A DNA stretch of 64,000 nt, taken from contig CAVLDN010000006.1 in assembly GCA_963661975.1 (NCBI GenBank), forward strand, positions 30,421 through 94,420, in the 5' to 3' direction. Shown in pieces: positions 10,193-19,054 of the stretch. This DNA comes from a bacterium (GTDB lineage Bacteria; Bacillota; Clostridia; Oscillospirales; CAG-382). Both the position numbers and the translations under genes were made by a program. Below the pieces are notes generated by a model. It saw only the letters and a program-made list of their open reading frames with translations, did not search any database and was not told the origin of the DNA. The number at the start of each line of letters is the position of its first letter. Within the stretch, counting starts at the first letter, position 1.

Positions 10193-10251
10193 TGCCGTTT
10201 GTTGTTCCGTATTGACTTATTGTTCCGTATCGCCGTGAAACGCCGGGGCTT

Positions 10252-11178
10252 TCAGCCGTTTGCGAGAAGCTCGTTGACCTGCGCGAGTGTCGGCACTGAG
10301 TTCATTGAGCCGCGCTTTGAAACGGCAAGCGCACCCGCGGCGTTGGCGAAGCGCGCACTTGCGATTATATCGCCGGAGCGGAGGTATTCGGTTGCCAATG
10401 CGGCGGTGAAGATATCGCCCGCGGCGGTCGTATCGACGACAGGTGTGTCGAAGGGCGAGATGATGTCGCAATATTTGCCGTCGTAGACATAGCAGCCTCT
10501 GCCGCCGAGCTTGAGAACGACATATTTTGTCGGCACGCGGTTGCACAGCGCGATCGAAGCGCGCAGGCAGTTTTCAAGGCTGTCCGGACGGATGCCGGTG
10601 AGTATTTCGGTTTCGGTTTCGTTCGGGGAGAGTATTTCGACGCGTTCCAGCTTTTCCAGCGGGAAATCCGGCGTTGCGGGGCCGGCATCGACAATGAGCG
10701 GTATGGATTCGTCCGCGGCAAGGCGTGCGGCGCTGATGACGGTGTCGCGGTTGATCTCGAACTGAACAAGCACGGCATCCGGATAGCAGGTGAAGGCGGC
10801 TTCAAGGTCGCCGAGGTTGATTTTGTCGTTCGCACCGGGGTAAACTATAATGCGGTTCGTGCCGTCCTTTTCGACGGTGATCACGGCAAGCCCGGTCTGC
10901 TCGCGCCGATCCACGCGGATGTATTTTGTGTTGATGCCGCGTTCGTCAAGCGCACGGAGCATACGGTCGCCGTAGGCATCATCCCCCACGCGTGTGCAGA
11001 AAATGCTGTCCGTACCGAAGGCGGCAACGGCCGCCGCGGCGTTTGCACCCTTGCCGCCGGGCGTGAAGGAGTATTCTCCGCCGGAGCGCAGCGTTTCGCC
11101 CGGGGCGGGGAGATAGGGTGTCGTCAGTACAAAATCAATGTTCGTGCTGCCGACGGTGAGTATCCTTTTTGCACACAT
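10252..11178 (-). CDS. rbsK: ribokinase
   Basis: GGKGANAAAA and DTTAAGDIFTAAL (PfkB signature 2) motifs. 308 aa. Confidence 0.9.
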   Translation of the reverse strand: MCAKRILTVGSTNIDFVLTTPYLPAPGETLRSGGEYSFTPGGKGANAAAAVAAFGTDSIFCTRVGDDAYGDRMLRALDERGINTKYIRVDRREQTGLAVITVEKDGTNRIIVYPGANDKINLGDLEAAFTCYPDAVLVQFEINRDTVISAARLAADESIPLIVDAGPATPDFPLEKLERVEILSPNETETEILTGIRPDSLENCLRASIALCNRVPTKYVVLKLGGRGCYVYDGKYCDIISPFDTPVVDTTAAGDIFTAALATEYLRSGDIIASARFANAAGALAVSKRGSMNSVPTLAQVNELLANG

Positions 11179-11234
11179 GATACGATCCCTTCCGTTACCT
11201 GTAAATTTGCGATAAACACAGTAATTATACGGTT

Positions 11235-11263
11235 ATTTTACAACACCGGCCGTGAGTTGTCAA
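11235..11263 (-). promoter_or_regulatory. sigma-70-type promoter for rbsK
   Basis: Minus strand reads TTGACA-N17-TAAAAT, about 55 nt upstream of the ATG. Confidence 0.6.
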
Positions 11264-11426
11264 CTTTTTCTTTTTTGCGCCCGTGCTTTGTTGCCGTGCC
11301 GCCGCGGCAAGCGTTCGAATATGTCGCCGTAATACATACACTTTTCTTCCCGAAAAATGTTTGTGCCGTTGCGGAGCGGGGATTCGCAAAAACGCAAATA
11401 AAGCGCCTGCCGCACCGCGAAAAATC

Positions 11427-11455
11427 TTGACACGCAAGCCCGGCGGTGGTATATT
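11427..11455 (+). promoter_or_regulatory. sigma-70-type promoter for the MinD-like / MGS-like / hisS / aspS genes
   Basis: TTGACA-N17-TATATT. Confidence 0.6.
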
Positions 11456-11501
11456 GTATAGTGTATATTTGTATCACGGGGGTGAGTGCGCTACGGCAAG
11501 A

Positions 11502-12311
11502 GTGATTTTTGTTACCGGCTTCAAGGGCGGTGTCGGCAAGACGACCGTCGCCGCGAATGTAGCCGCATCGCTTTGCGCCCTCGGGCGCACGGTGCTCCTT
11601 ATCGACGGGGATTTCGGCATGCGTTGCATGGACATGGTCCTCGGCGTGGAAAGCGAAACGCTTTTCGATTGCAGCGATGTGCTTTCGGGCGAGTGCTCGG
11701 AACGCGCTGCGATGACGGAGATTCCCGGCTGCGCGGGGCTTTCGTTCATTCCCGCGCCGATGAATTACCGTGCCCGCTGCACCGATAAGGCGGCATTCGC
11801 CGCAATGGTGGACAGTCTGCGCGGCGATTTCGATTACATCATCATAGATTCCTGTGCCGAAGCAACGGATTATTACACCGCATTCGCTGCGGCTGCGGAT
11901 GAAGCGCTGATAGTCACTCTGCACCAGTCCACATCCGTCCGCGCCGCCGAAAAGACCGCCGCAAGGCTTTACGCGCTCGGGCTGAAAAGCGCGACGCTTG
12001 TCGTGAACGGCTTCCGCGAAAGGTTCGCCGCTGCGGGGGAACTTCCGTCCATTCCGGATATCATAGAGCGTTCCTCGGTGCGGCTTTCGGGCGTTGTCCC
12101 GTTTGACGAAGAGCTTCCCGCACGGCAGGAGGCGGCTTACCTTGCCTTCACGGGGGATAAACGCCGCAGGGCAAGCGCAAGTGAAATTGCGTTTCTGAAC
12201 ATTGCCGTTCGGCTGGACGGCGGAAGAGTCAGGCTGTTTGACGGGGTATCCCGGCCGAAGCGCCGGTGCGATGCCGTCTGCATATACAAATCGATACGGA
12301 GGGAAAAATGA
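11502..12311 (+). CDS. MinD/ParA-family P-loop ATPase (orphan, no minC/minE nearby)
   Basis: RVIFVTGFKGGVGKTTVAANVA deviant Walker A and IDGDFGMRCMD. Start is uncertain: GTG at 11502 was chosen because the promoter at 11427-11455 excludes the ORF-track start at 11283. Confidence 0.75.
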   Translation: MIFVTGFKGGVGKTTVAANVAASLCALGRTVLLIDGDFGMRCMDMVLGVESETLFDCSDVLSGECSERAAMTEIPGCAGLSFIPAPMNYRARCTDKAAFAAMVDSLRGDFDYIIIDSCAEATDYYTAFAAAADEALIVTLHQSTSVRAAEKTAARLYALGLKSATLVVNGFRERFAAAGELPSIPDIIERSSVRLSGVVPFDEELPARQEAAYLAFTGDKRRRASASEIAFLNIAVRLDGGRVRLFDGVSRPKRRCDAVCIYKSIRREK

Positions 12312-12721
12312 ACATTGCGATTATTGCAAACGACAAGAAAAAAGAGCTTGTGACCGAATTCTGCATTGCGTACTGCGGCATTCTTTCGCGCCACCGTCTG
12401 TGCGCGACGGCCATTACCTGCAAATACATTTCGGAAGCCACCGGCCTGCATATAGAAAAGCTGCTTCCCGGCGCACGCGGAGGGAGCGAACAGATAGCCT
12501 CCAAAGTGGTATACGGCGAGGTGGATCTTCTGATCCTGCTGCGCGATACGGATAACGATCTCGAATATGCCGAGACCGAACCCGGACTTATCCGTCTGTG
12601 CGACAAATACACCGTCCCCGTGGCGACAAATATCGCAACGGCGGAGGCGCTTGTTCTTGCGCTCGACAGGGGCGATCTCGACTGGCGCGACAACATGAAA
12701 ACAAACAAAGGCATTTTTTGA
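12308..12721 (+). CDS. methylglyoxal synthase-like (MGS-fold) protein with substituted catalytic residues
   Basis: IAIIANDKKK..CATAITC..GARGGSEQI..LLRD..PVATN aligns to MgsA. GGAGGGA RBS. The ATG overlaps the MinD-like stop (ATGA). Confidence 0.8.
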   Translation: MNIAIIANDKKKELVTEFCIAYCGILSRHRLCATAITCKYISEATGLHIEKLLPGARGGSEQIASKVVYGEVDLLILLRDTDNDLEYAETEPGLIRLCDKYTVPVATNIATAEALVLALDRGDLDWRDNMKTNKGIF

Positions 12722-12722
12722 C

Positions 12723-13985
12723 ATGAACAGACTGCAAAGACTGAAAGGAACAATGGACATACTCCCCGGTGAATCGGAGGTATGGCAATATATAGAAAAA
12801 GTCCTTGCCGAAGCGGCGCGCCTTTCCGGTTTTTCGGAAATACGCACGCCGACAATCGAGCTTACCGATCTTTTCTGCCGCGGTGTCGGCGATACGACGG
12901 ACGTTGTCAGCAAGGAAATGTACTCCTTCGATGATAAGGACGGCAGCAACATTTCGCTCCGCCCTGAGGGTACCGCGGGCGTTGCCCGCGCCGTTATCGA
13001 AAACGGACTTTATGCCGGCGCGATGCCGCTGAAGCTTTATTACACCGGCAGTTTCTTCCGCCGCGAAAAGCCGCAGGCGGGCAGAAGCCGCGAATTCACC
13101 CAGTTCGGCACCGAACTTTACGGCAGCACCCGTCCGGAAGCGGATGCGGAGGTTATACTGCTTGCGCGGGATATTTTCCGCCGGTTCGGGCTTTCCGGAA
13201 TAAAGCTGCACATAAATTCCATCGGCTGCCCGGAATGCCGCCCGAATTACCGCAAGGCGCTTACGGATTATTTTTCCGCGCATTCGGAGAACCTTTGCGA
13301 CACCTGCCGCGAAAGACTCATGCGGAACCCGCTGCGTGTGCTCGACTGCAAGAATCCCTCGTGCAGGGAGCTTGCAAAGGGTGCGCCGAAAACGCTTGAT
13401 CATCTCTGCGACGATTGCAGAACGCATTTCGATTCACTTTGCGGACTGCTCGATTCCTGCGGCTGCGATTATATTATCGATCCTTCCGTTGTGCGCGGGC
13501 TGGATTATTATACCGGGACGGTATTTGAATTTATCGCCGAAAGCATCGGAGCGCAGAGCACCGTTTGCGGCGGCGGCAGGTATGACGGGCTTCTCGAATC
13601 CATCGGCGGCCCCGCTTTGCCCGCTGTCGGCTTCGGCATGGGAATAACGCGGCTGATACAGGCGCTGCGCGATGAAAATCTGATACCGCAGCCGGACACC
13701 GGCGCGGATGTATATATTGCCCCGATGGGCGCGGAAGCGGCGAAGAAGGCTTTCACACTTGCGGAGGGGCTGCGCTGCCACGGTGTTTCCGCCGTGACGG
13801 ATCTTTGCGCAAGATCGGTGAAGGCGCAGATGAAATATGCGGATAAAACACACGCCAAATACGCGCTCGTTATCGGCGATACTGAGCTTGAAAACGGCAC
13901 TGCCGAGCTCAGACCGATGCGCGGAGGCGAAAATATAAAGGCTGATTTAAGTATCAACGGTATAATCAATGCGATACGCGAATGA
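12723..13985 (+). CDS. hisS: histidine--tRNA ligase
   Basis: Class II motifs (LRPEGT, FRRE.PQAGR.REF.Q) and the HisS insertion. Confidence 0.95.
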   Translation: MNRLQRLKGTMDILPGESEVWQYIEKVLAEAARLSGFSEIRTPTIELTDLFCRGVGDTTDVVSKEMYSFDDKDGSNISLRPEGTAGVARAVIENGLYAGAMPLKLYYTGSFFRREKPQAGRSREFTQFGTELYGSTRPEADAEVILLARDIFRRFGLSGIKLHINSIGCPECRPNYRKALTDYFSAHSENLCDTCRERLMRNPLRVLDCKNPSCRELAKGAPKTLDHLCDDCRTHFDSLCGLLDSCGCDYIIDPSVVRGLDYYTGTVFEFIAESIGAQSTVCGGGRYDGLLESIGGPALPAVGFGMGITRLIQALRDENLIPQPDTGADVYIAPMGAEAAKKAFTLAEGLRCHGVSAVTDLCARSVKAQMKYADKTHAKYALVIGDTELENGTAELRPMRGGENIKADLSINGIINAIRE

Positions 13986-14030
13986 CGCCGAATAAGGAAA
14001 ACGAAACTTATTATTAAGAAGGTACGGATA

Positions 14031-15791
14031 ATGGAAAAGAGAACTCATTACTGCGGCGAACTGCGTGCCGCCGATATCGGCAGCAGGGTGACTGTCGCCG
14101 GTTGGGTCAGAAAACAGCGCAATCTGGGCAGCCTGATATTTATCGATCTGCGCGACAGGACGGGTTATGTCCAGCTTGCATTTGACGAAAACAGTGCGCC
14201 CGAGCTTTTCGAAGCGGCTTCCTCCGTGAGGAGCGAATATGTGCTTGCCGTTTCGGGCACCGTGCGCGAAAGATCGAGCAAAAACCCCGATATCCCCACC
14301 GGTGATATCGAAATATACACCGAAACGCTTTCGGTTCTCGGCGAAAGCGAAACCCCGCCCTTTGATATAACCGACGACTGCAAGGCAAACGAGGAACTGC
14401 GTCTGAAATATCGTTATCTCGACCTGCGCCGCCCGGTTTTGCAGAACAATATCATGTTCCGCGCCAAAACGGCAAAGGCGGTGCGCGATTATCTTTGCGA
14501 CAACGGCTTTATCGAGATCGAAACTCCGATGCTCATAAAGAGCACCCCGGAGGGCGCGCGCGATTACCTTGTTCCCTCCCGTGTGCATAAGGGCTCGTTC
14601 TATGCGCTTCCGCAGTCGCCCCAGCTTTACAAGCAGCTTTCCATGGTTGCCGGGTTCGATAAATACTTCCAGCTTGCGCGCTGCTTCCGCGATGAGGACC
14701 TCCGCGCCGACCGTCAGCCCGAATTCACACAGATAGATATCGAGATGAGCTTTGTCGACACCGAGGATGTCCTTGCCGTCGGCGAAGGGCTTGTGAAGCA
14801 CATCTTCAAAACCGTTATGGGCGTGGATATCGAAACGCCTATTCCGAGGTACACATACAAAGAATGTATGGAGCGCTACGGTTCCGACAAGCCGGATATC
14901 CGCTTCGGCATGGAGATACAGAATGTTTCCGAAGCCGTGAAGGGCTGTTCCTTCCCGGTGTTCGCCTCCGCCGTTGAAGCGGGCGGCAGCGTTCGCGCCA
15001 TCAATCTGAAGGGCTGCGCCGACAAGCTCACCCGTAAGGAAATCGACCGCCTTGCCGATTACGCAAAGGGCTGCGGCGCAAAGGGGCTTGCCTGGGTACG
15101 CCGCCACGATACGGACAGCGGTTCCTTCCTGAAACACATGACGGAATCCGAGCTTGCCGCGCTTTATGCCGCCGCGGGCTGCGAAAAGGGCGATGTCCTG
15201 CTTATTCTTGCGGATACGGACACAAACCGTATGCTTTCCCAGCTCGGCCAGCTCCGCGTGGAAGCCGCAAACCGTCTCGGGATCGAAAGAGCGGGTTACA
15301 GATTCCTTTGGGTTGTGGAAATGCCTTTCTTCGAGCTGGATGCCGAAACGGGCGAATGGGTTGCGATGCACCATCCGTTCACCGCGCCGCTTGATGAATG
15401 CCGCGAATATCTCGAAACCGACAAGGGCAGTGTCCGCGCCAAGGCGTATGACCTTGTTCTGAACGGGATCGAGCTTTCCAGCGGTTCCATAAGAATTACC
15501 GATCCGAAGCTGCAGGCGAAGATATTTGAGCTGCTCGGACTTTCGGATGAGGAAGCCAGGATCAAATTCGGCTATCTGCTCGAAGCCTTCAAATACGGCG
15601 CGCCGCCCCACGGCGGCATGGCGATCGGGCTGGACAGGCTTGTGATGCAGATGCTCGGCGCTTCGAGCCTGCGTGATGTTACCGCCTTCCCGAAGGTGCA
15701 GAACGCGAAGGAACTCATGACCGACTGCCCTGCGGGCGTACCGCAGAAGGCGCTTGACGATCTTGGGATCGTAATAAAAGAAAAGGAATAA
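14031..15791 (+). CDS. aspS: aspartate--tRNA ligase
   Basis: OB-fold N-terminus, QSPQLYKQ, FRDEDLRADRQPEFTQ, GGMAIGLDRL. Confidence 0.95.
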   Translation: MEKRTHYCGELRAADIGSRVTVAGWVRKQRNLGSLIFIDLRDRTGYVQLAFDENSAPELFEAASSVRSEYVLAVSGTVRERSSKNPDIPTGDIEIYTETLSVLGESETPPFDITDDCKANEELRLKYRYLDLRRPVLQNNIMFRAKTAKAVRDYLCDNGFIEIETPMLIKSTPEGARDYLVPSRVHKGSFYALPQSPQLYKQLSMVAGFDKYFQLARCFRDEDLRADRQPEFTQIDIEMSFVDTEDVLAVGEGLVKHIFKTVMGVDIETPIPRYTYKECMERYGSDKPDIRFGMEIQNVSEAVKGCSFPVFASAVEAGGSVRAINLKGCADKLTRKEIDRLADYAKGCGAKGLAWVRRHDTDSGSFLKHMTESELAALYAAAGCEKGDVLLILADTDTNRMLSQLGQLRVEAANRLGIERAGYRFLWVVEMPFFELDAETGEWVAMHHPFTAPLDECREYLETDKGSVRAKAYDLVLNGIELSSGSIRITDPKLQAKIFELLGLSDEEARIKFGYLLEAFKYGAPPHGGMAIGLDRLVMQMLGASSLRDVTAFPKVQNAKELMTDCPAGVPQKALDDLGIVIKEKE

Positions 15792-15797
15792 AATCCA

Positions 15798-16763
15798 ATG
15801 ATCGAAATTACGGATATACGCAAAAGCTTTGGGGATAAGCACGCGGTGGACGGGATCTCATTTACCGTTGCCGAGGGCGAAATAATGGGCTTTCTCGGGC
15901 CGAACGGCGCGGGAAAGAGCACGACGCTGAACATTATCACGGGGTATCTCTCCGCCGACAGCGGCGTCGTGAAGATCGACGGGACGGATATCCTTTCCGA
16001 TCCGATCAAGGCAAAAAAGGATATCGGCTTCCTGCCGGAAATACCGCCGCTTTACCCGGAAATGACGGTCGCGGAATATCTGGATTTCGTTTACGAGCTT
16101 AAAGGCTGCAAGCTCCCGCGCAGGCAGCATATCAAGGAGATATGCGAGGTCGTGAAGATCTGGGATGTCTCCGGACGCCTGATAAAGAACCTTTCCAAGG
16201 GATATAAGCAGCGTGTCGGTATCGCGCAGGCGCTTATCGGCAATCCGAAGGTGCTCATATTTGACGAGCCGACCATCGGTTTGGACCCGCGCCAGATAAT
16301 CGAGATACGCAATCTTATCAAGATGCTCGGTAAGGAGCATACCATAATCCTTTCCACGCATATTCTGCCGGAGGTACAGGCGGTGTGCGACAGGATCGTT
16401 GTCATCAACAAGGGCAGAATCGTCGCCAACGAAAAGACAGAGGATCTTATCAATGCCGTGGACGGCTCACGCAAGCTCGTCGCAAAGATAGTCGGGCAGG
16501 AGGACGATGTCCTCAAGGCGCTGCGCGCGCTGCCCGGTGTCAAGACCGCGGATATCATCGGCAAACGCGACACCGATTCCGTCAGCTACCTGCTCGAATC
16601 ACAGGAGCGTGTCGATATCCGCAAGCCGCTGTTCTATATGCTTTCCTCCAAGGGCTGGCCGCTTATAGGGCTGGAAGGCGTGGAACTTTCGCTCGAGGAC
16701 ATATTCATCCGCCTTGTCGGCAGGGATAAAGAAGCAAAAACCAAAGGAAAAGGGGGAAAATAA
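15798..16763 (+). CDS. ABC transporter ATP-binding protein (ABC-2 / GldA-like)
   Basis: Walker A GPNGAGKST, signature LSKGYKQR, Walker B LIFDEP. Confidence 0.9.
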   Translation: MIEITDIRKSFGDKHAVDGISFTVAEGEIMGFLGPNGAGKSTTLNIITGYLSADSGVVKIDGTDILSDPIKAKKDIGFLPEIPPLYPEMTVAEYLDFVYELKGCKLPRRQHIKEICEVVKIWDVSGRLIKNLSKGYKQRVGIAQALIGNPKVLIFDEPTIGLDPRQIIEIRNLIKMLGKEHTIILSTHILPEVQAVCDRIVVINKGRIVANEKTEDLINAVDGSRKLVAKIVGQEDDVLKALRALPGVKTADIIGKRDTDSVSYLLESQERVDIRKPLFYMLSSKGWPLIGLEGVELSLEDIFIRLVGRDKEAKTKGKGGK

Positions 16764-16764
16764 G

Positions 16765-17472
16765 ATGTTTGCAATATATATACGCGAACTGAAATCCTAT
16801 TTTCTTACCGCTATCGGGTATGTTTACTGCGGTATGTTCCTTATCGTTTCGGGGCTTGCCTTCGCGCAGTGCACCCTGCTCAAACAGAGCACGGACAGCA
16901 TCGGCGAATACTTTGTGTGGATGATAATCATCTTCGCCGTGCTTATCCCGCTGCTCACCATGAAGCTTATCGCAGAGGACCGCAAGACAAGAACGGATCA
17001 GATACTTCTCACAAGTCCGGTCTCGGTTACCGGAATCGTGATGGGCAAATACCTTGCGGCACTCACCGTTTATGCCGCAACCTTCCTTGTGAACAGTTTT
17101 AATTTCGTTCTGCTCGCAAAATACGGCGATCCGAACGCTATCTCGATACTCACCAACATTTTGGGCGTGTTCCTGCTCGGCGCGGCGTTTATCGCCATCG
17201 GCATATTTCTTTCCTCGCTCACCGAAAATCAGCTCATCGCTGCGGTTTCGGCAATGGGTGTCAATGCCGCAATGCTGCTTGTGAGCCTGCTTGCCGACAA
17301 TATCTCCGGCACGGCGCTCAGAACCGTCGTAAAATGGTTCTCGGTGCTTGACCGCTTCACGCCGTTCACGCATCAGATGCTCGATGTTTCGGCGATAGTT
17401 TATTATCTGAGCCTTGCGGCGGCATTCCTCTTCCTCACGACGCGCGTTATCGAAAAACGCCGTTGGTCGTAA
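16765..17472 (+). CDS. ABC-2 type transporter permease (GldF-like)
   Basis: Six predicted TM segments. ATG at 16765 lies 2 nt after the ATPase stop. MFAIYIRELKSYF start typical of the ABC-2 family. Confidence 0.8.
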   Translation: MFAIYIRELKSYFLTAIGYVYCGMFLIVSGLAFAQCTLLKQSTDSIGEYFVWMIIIFAVLIPLLTMKLIAEDRKTRTDQILLTSPVSVTGIVMGKYLAALTVYAATFLVNSFNFVLLAKYGDPNAISILTNILGVFLLGAAFIAIGIFLSSLTENQLIAAVSAMGVNAAMLLVSLLADNISGTALRTVVKWFSVLDRFTPFTHQMLDVSAIVYYLSLAAAFLFLTTRVIEKRRWS

Positions 17473-17491
17473 AGAAAGGAGTATTGCCACT

Positions 17492-19024
17492 ATGAGTTTC
17501 AAAAACAAAGCCGGCCATGACGGCAGACGGGTAAAATACGGCACATTCTCGCTCGTGTTTACCGCCGTTGTGCTTGCACTTATCATTGTAATAAACGTTA
17601 TATTCACCTCGCTTTCGCTTTCCGGCGCGCTTACAACCGACCTTACATCCGAAAACTTTACCGAAATCGGCGATGAATCGATCTCGCTCCTTTCCGCTTT
17701 GGGCAAGGATCTGGATATAACCATAACCTTTATGTCCCCGCGAGACCGTTTTGACGACAGCGCCAATTCCTACAACGGCATAAACCTCACCGCGCTCGTG
17801 CGCGATCTTGCCGAAAATTATGCCCGCAAGTTCGACGGTAGCGGCGATCTCGGCACCGTGCGCGTGGAATATAAGGAACTGGATTCCGACCCCGAATTCC
17901 AAAACCGCGTTATCGAGGAAACCGGTACTGCCCTTTCCTCCGTGAGCGTTATAGTCAGCGGCAAATATCACCGCCGCGTGCTTGCGCTGCCCGCATTTTT
18001 CGAAACCGACAGCAGCGACAGCAGCGAGTATTATTCCTTCAACGGCGAATACCGCTTCACCGCCGCCATGCTTCAAAGCGCGATAAAGGAACCGATGGCG
18101 GTCACATTCCTCACCGGGCATGGCGAACAGCCCTCCGCAAGCCTTAAATCCGTGCTTTCCGAAGCGGGATTTGAGATCAGAGAGGAAGACAATATCGCGG
18201 CAAACGGTGTCGGCGACAGGACAGAACTTGTCATTATCTGCGCTCCCAAGAGTGATCTTACATACGAAGAGCTGGATATACTCACCGCATACCTCCAGGA
18301 GCACAATTCGCTTATCGTAATGGTGGATGCCTCCACCCCGACCGATCTTAAAAACCTTTCGGATATGCTTTCCACCGACTGGTGCATCGGCTTTGATGCG
18401 GGCTCGCTCGTCACCGACGAAAAGCATTCGCTTTCAGGCGGAAAAGCCTCGATTATTTCGGCAAAATATCCCACATACGAATCCGACACCTCCTCTTCCT
18501 CCGCCGCGTATCAGATCGTGAAGAGCGCTTCGGATATCGACGGCAGAATAAACACCTTCATGCCCGAAAGCGTGCGGCTTTATATCAAGGAAATGACCGA
18601 GCTGGACAAACAGTCCGTCACGGTGGAAACGGTGCTCACCTCCTATGATACGGCAATGTGCGGATCGTCTTCCTCCGAATATGCGCCGGGCGGCGAGATG
18701 CCGCTTGCGCTGCTCTCCACAAAATACGAATACGGCAAGAACAATGTTCTGGAATATTCCTATGTGATGCTTATCGGCAGCACCGAATTCGCTTCCGATT
18801 CCTACCTTGCGTATGCCGGCAACCGCCGCGTGATGCTTTCCTCCGCGCGCGTGTTCACGGCAAATCGCGTGGCACCGGATATTCAGAGCAAGCCCTTCGC
18901 CTCCACCGCACTCACACTTGAAACCGGCACGGCGCAGACACTCACCTGGCTCATCTGCACTGTCGTTCCCGGCGCGATGCTTATTATCGGCATTGTTGTC
19001 TTCTTCCGCAGAAGACATCTGTAA
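17492..19024 (+). CDS. GldG-like ABC-transport auxiliary component
   Basis: N- and C-terminal TM anchors flank a large extracytoplasmic domain. Gene order ATPase-permease-GldG is typical. AAAGGAG RBS. Confidence 0.7.
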   Translation: MSFKNKAGHDGRRVKYGTFSLVFTAVVLALIIVINVIFTSLSLSGALTTDLTSENFTEIGDESISLLSALGKDLDITITFMSPRDRFDDSANSYNGINLTALVRDLAENYARKFDGSGDLGTVRVEYKELDSDPEFQNRVIEETGTALSSVSVIVSGKYHRRVLALPAFFETDSSDSSEYYSFNGEYRFTAAMLQSAIKEPMAVTFLTGHGEQPSASLKSVLSEAGFEIREEDNIAANGVGDRTELVIICAPKSDLTYEELDILTAYLQEHNSLIVMVDASTPTDLKNLSDMLSTDWCIGFDAGSLVTDEKHSLSGGKASIISAKYPTYESDTSSSSAAYQIVKSASDIDGRINTFMPESVRLYIKEMTELDKQSVTVETVLTSYDTAMCGSSSSEYAPGGEMPLALLSTKYEYGKNNVLEYSYVMLIGSTEFASDSYLAYAGNRRVMLSSARVFTANRVAPDIQSKPFASTALTLETGTAQTLTWLICTVVPGAMLIIGIVVFFRRRHL

Positions 19025-19054
19025 ATCAATCCCCGAAAGGATCGTTTCAACCCA

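Noticed and set aside
12700-14031. T-box leaders upstream of hisS and aspS
   Set aside because: The gaps are 1 nt (mgsA-like/hisS) and 45 nt (hisS/aspS), too short for a T-box. The genes appear to be read through from the 11427 promoter.
13947-15842. 631-aa ORF on the minus strand
   Set aside because: It lies entirely antisense to aspS, which has unmistakable class II synthetase motifs. The composition is Arg/Gly/Ala/His-rich and typical of shadow ORFs in GC-rich DNA, and there is no RBS.
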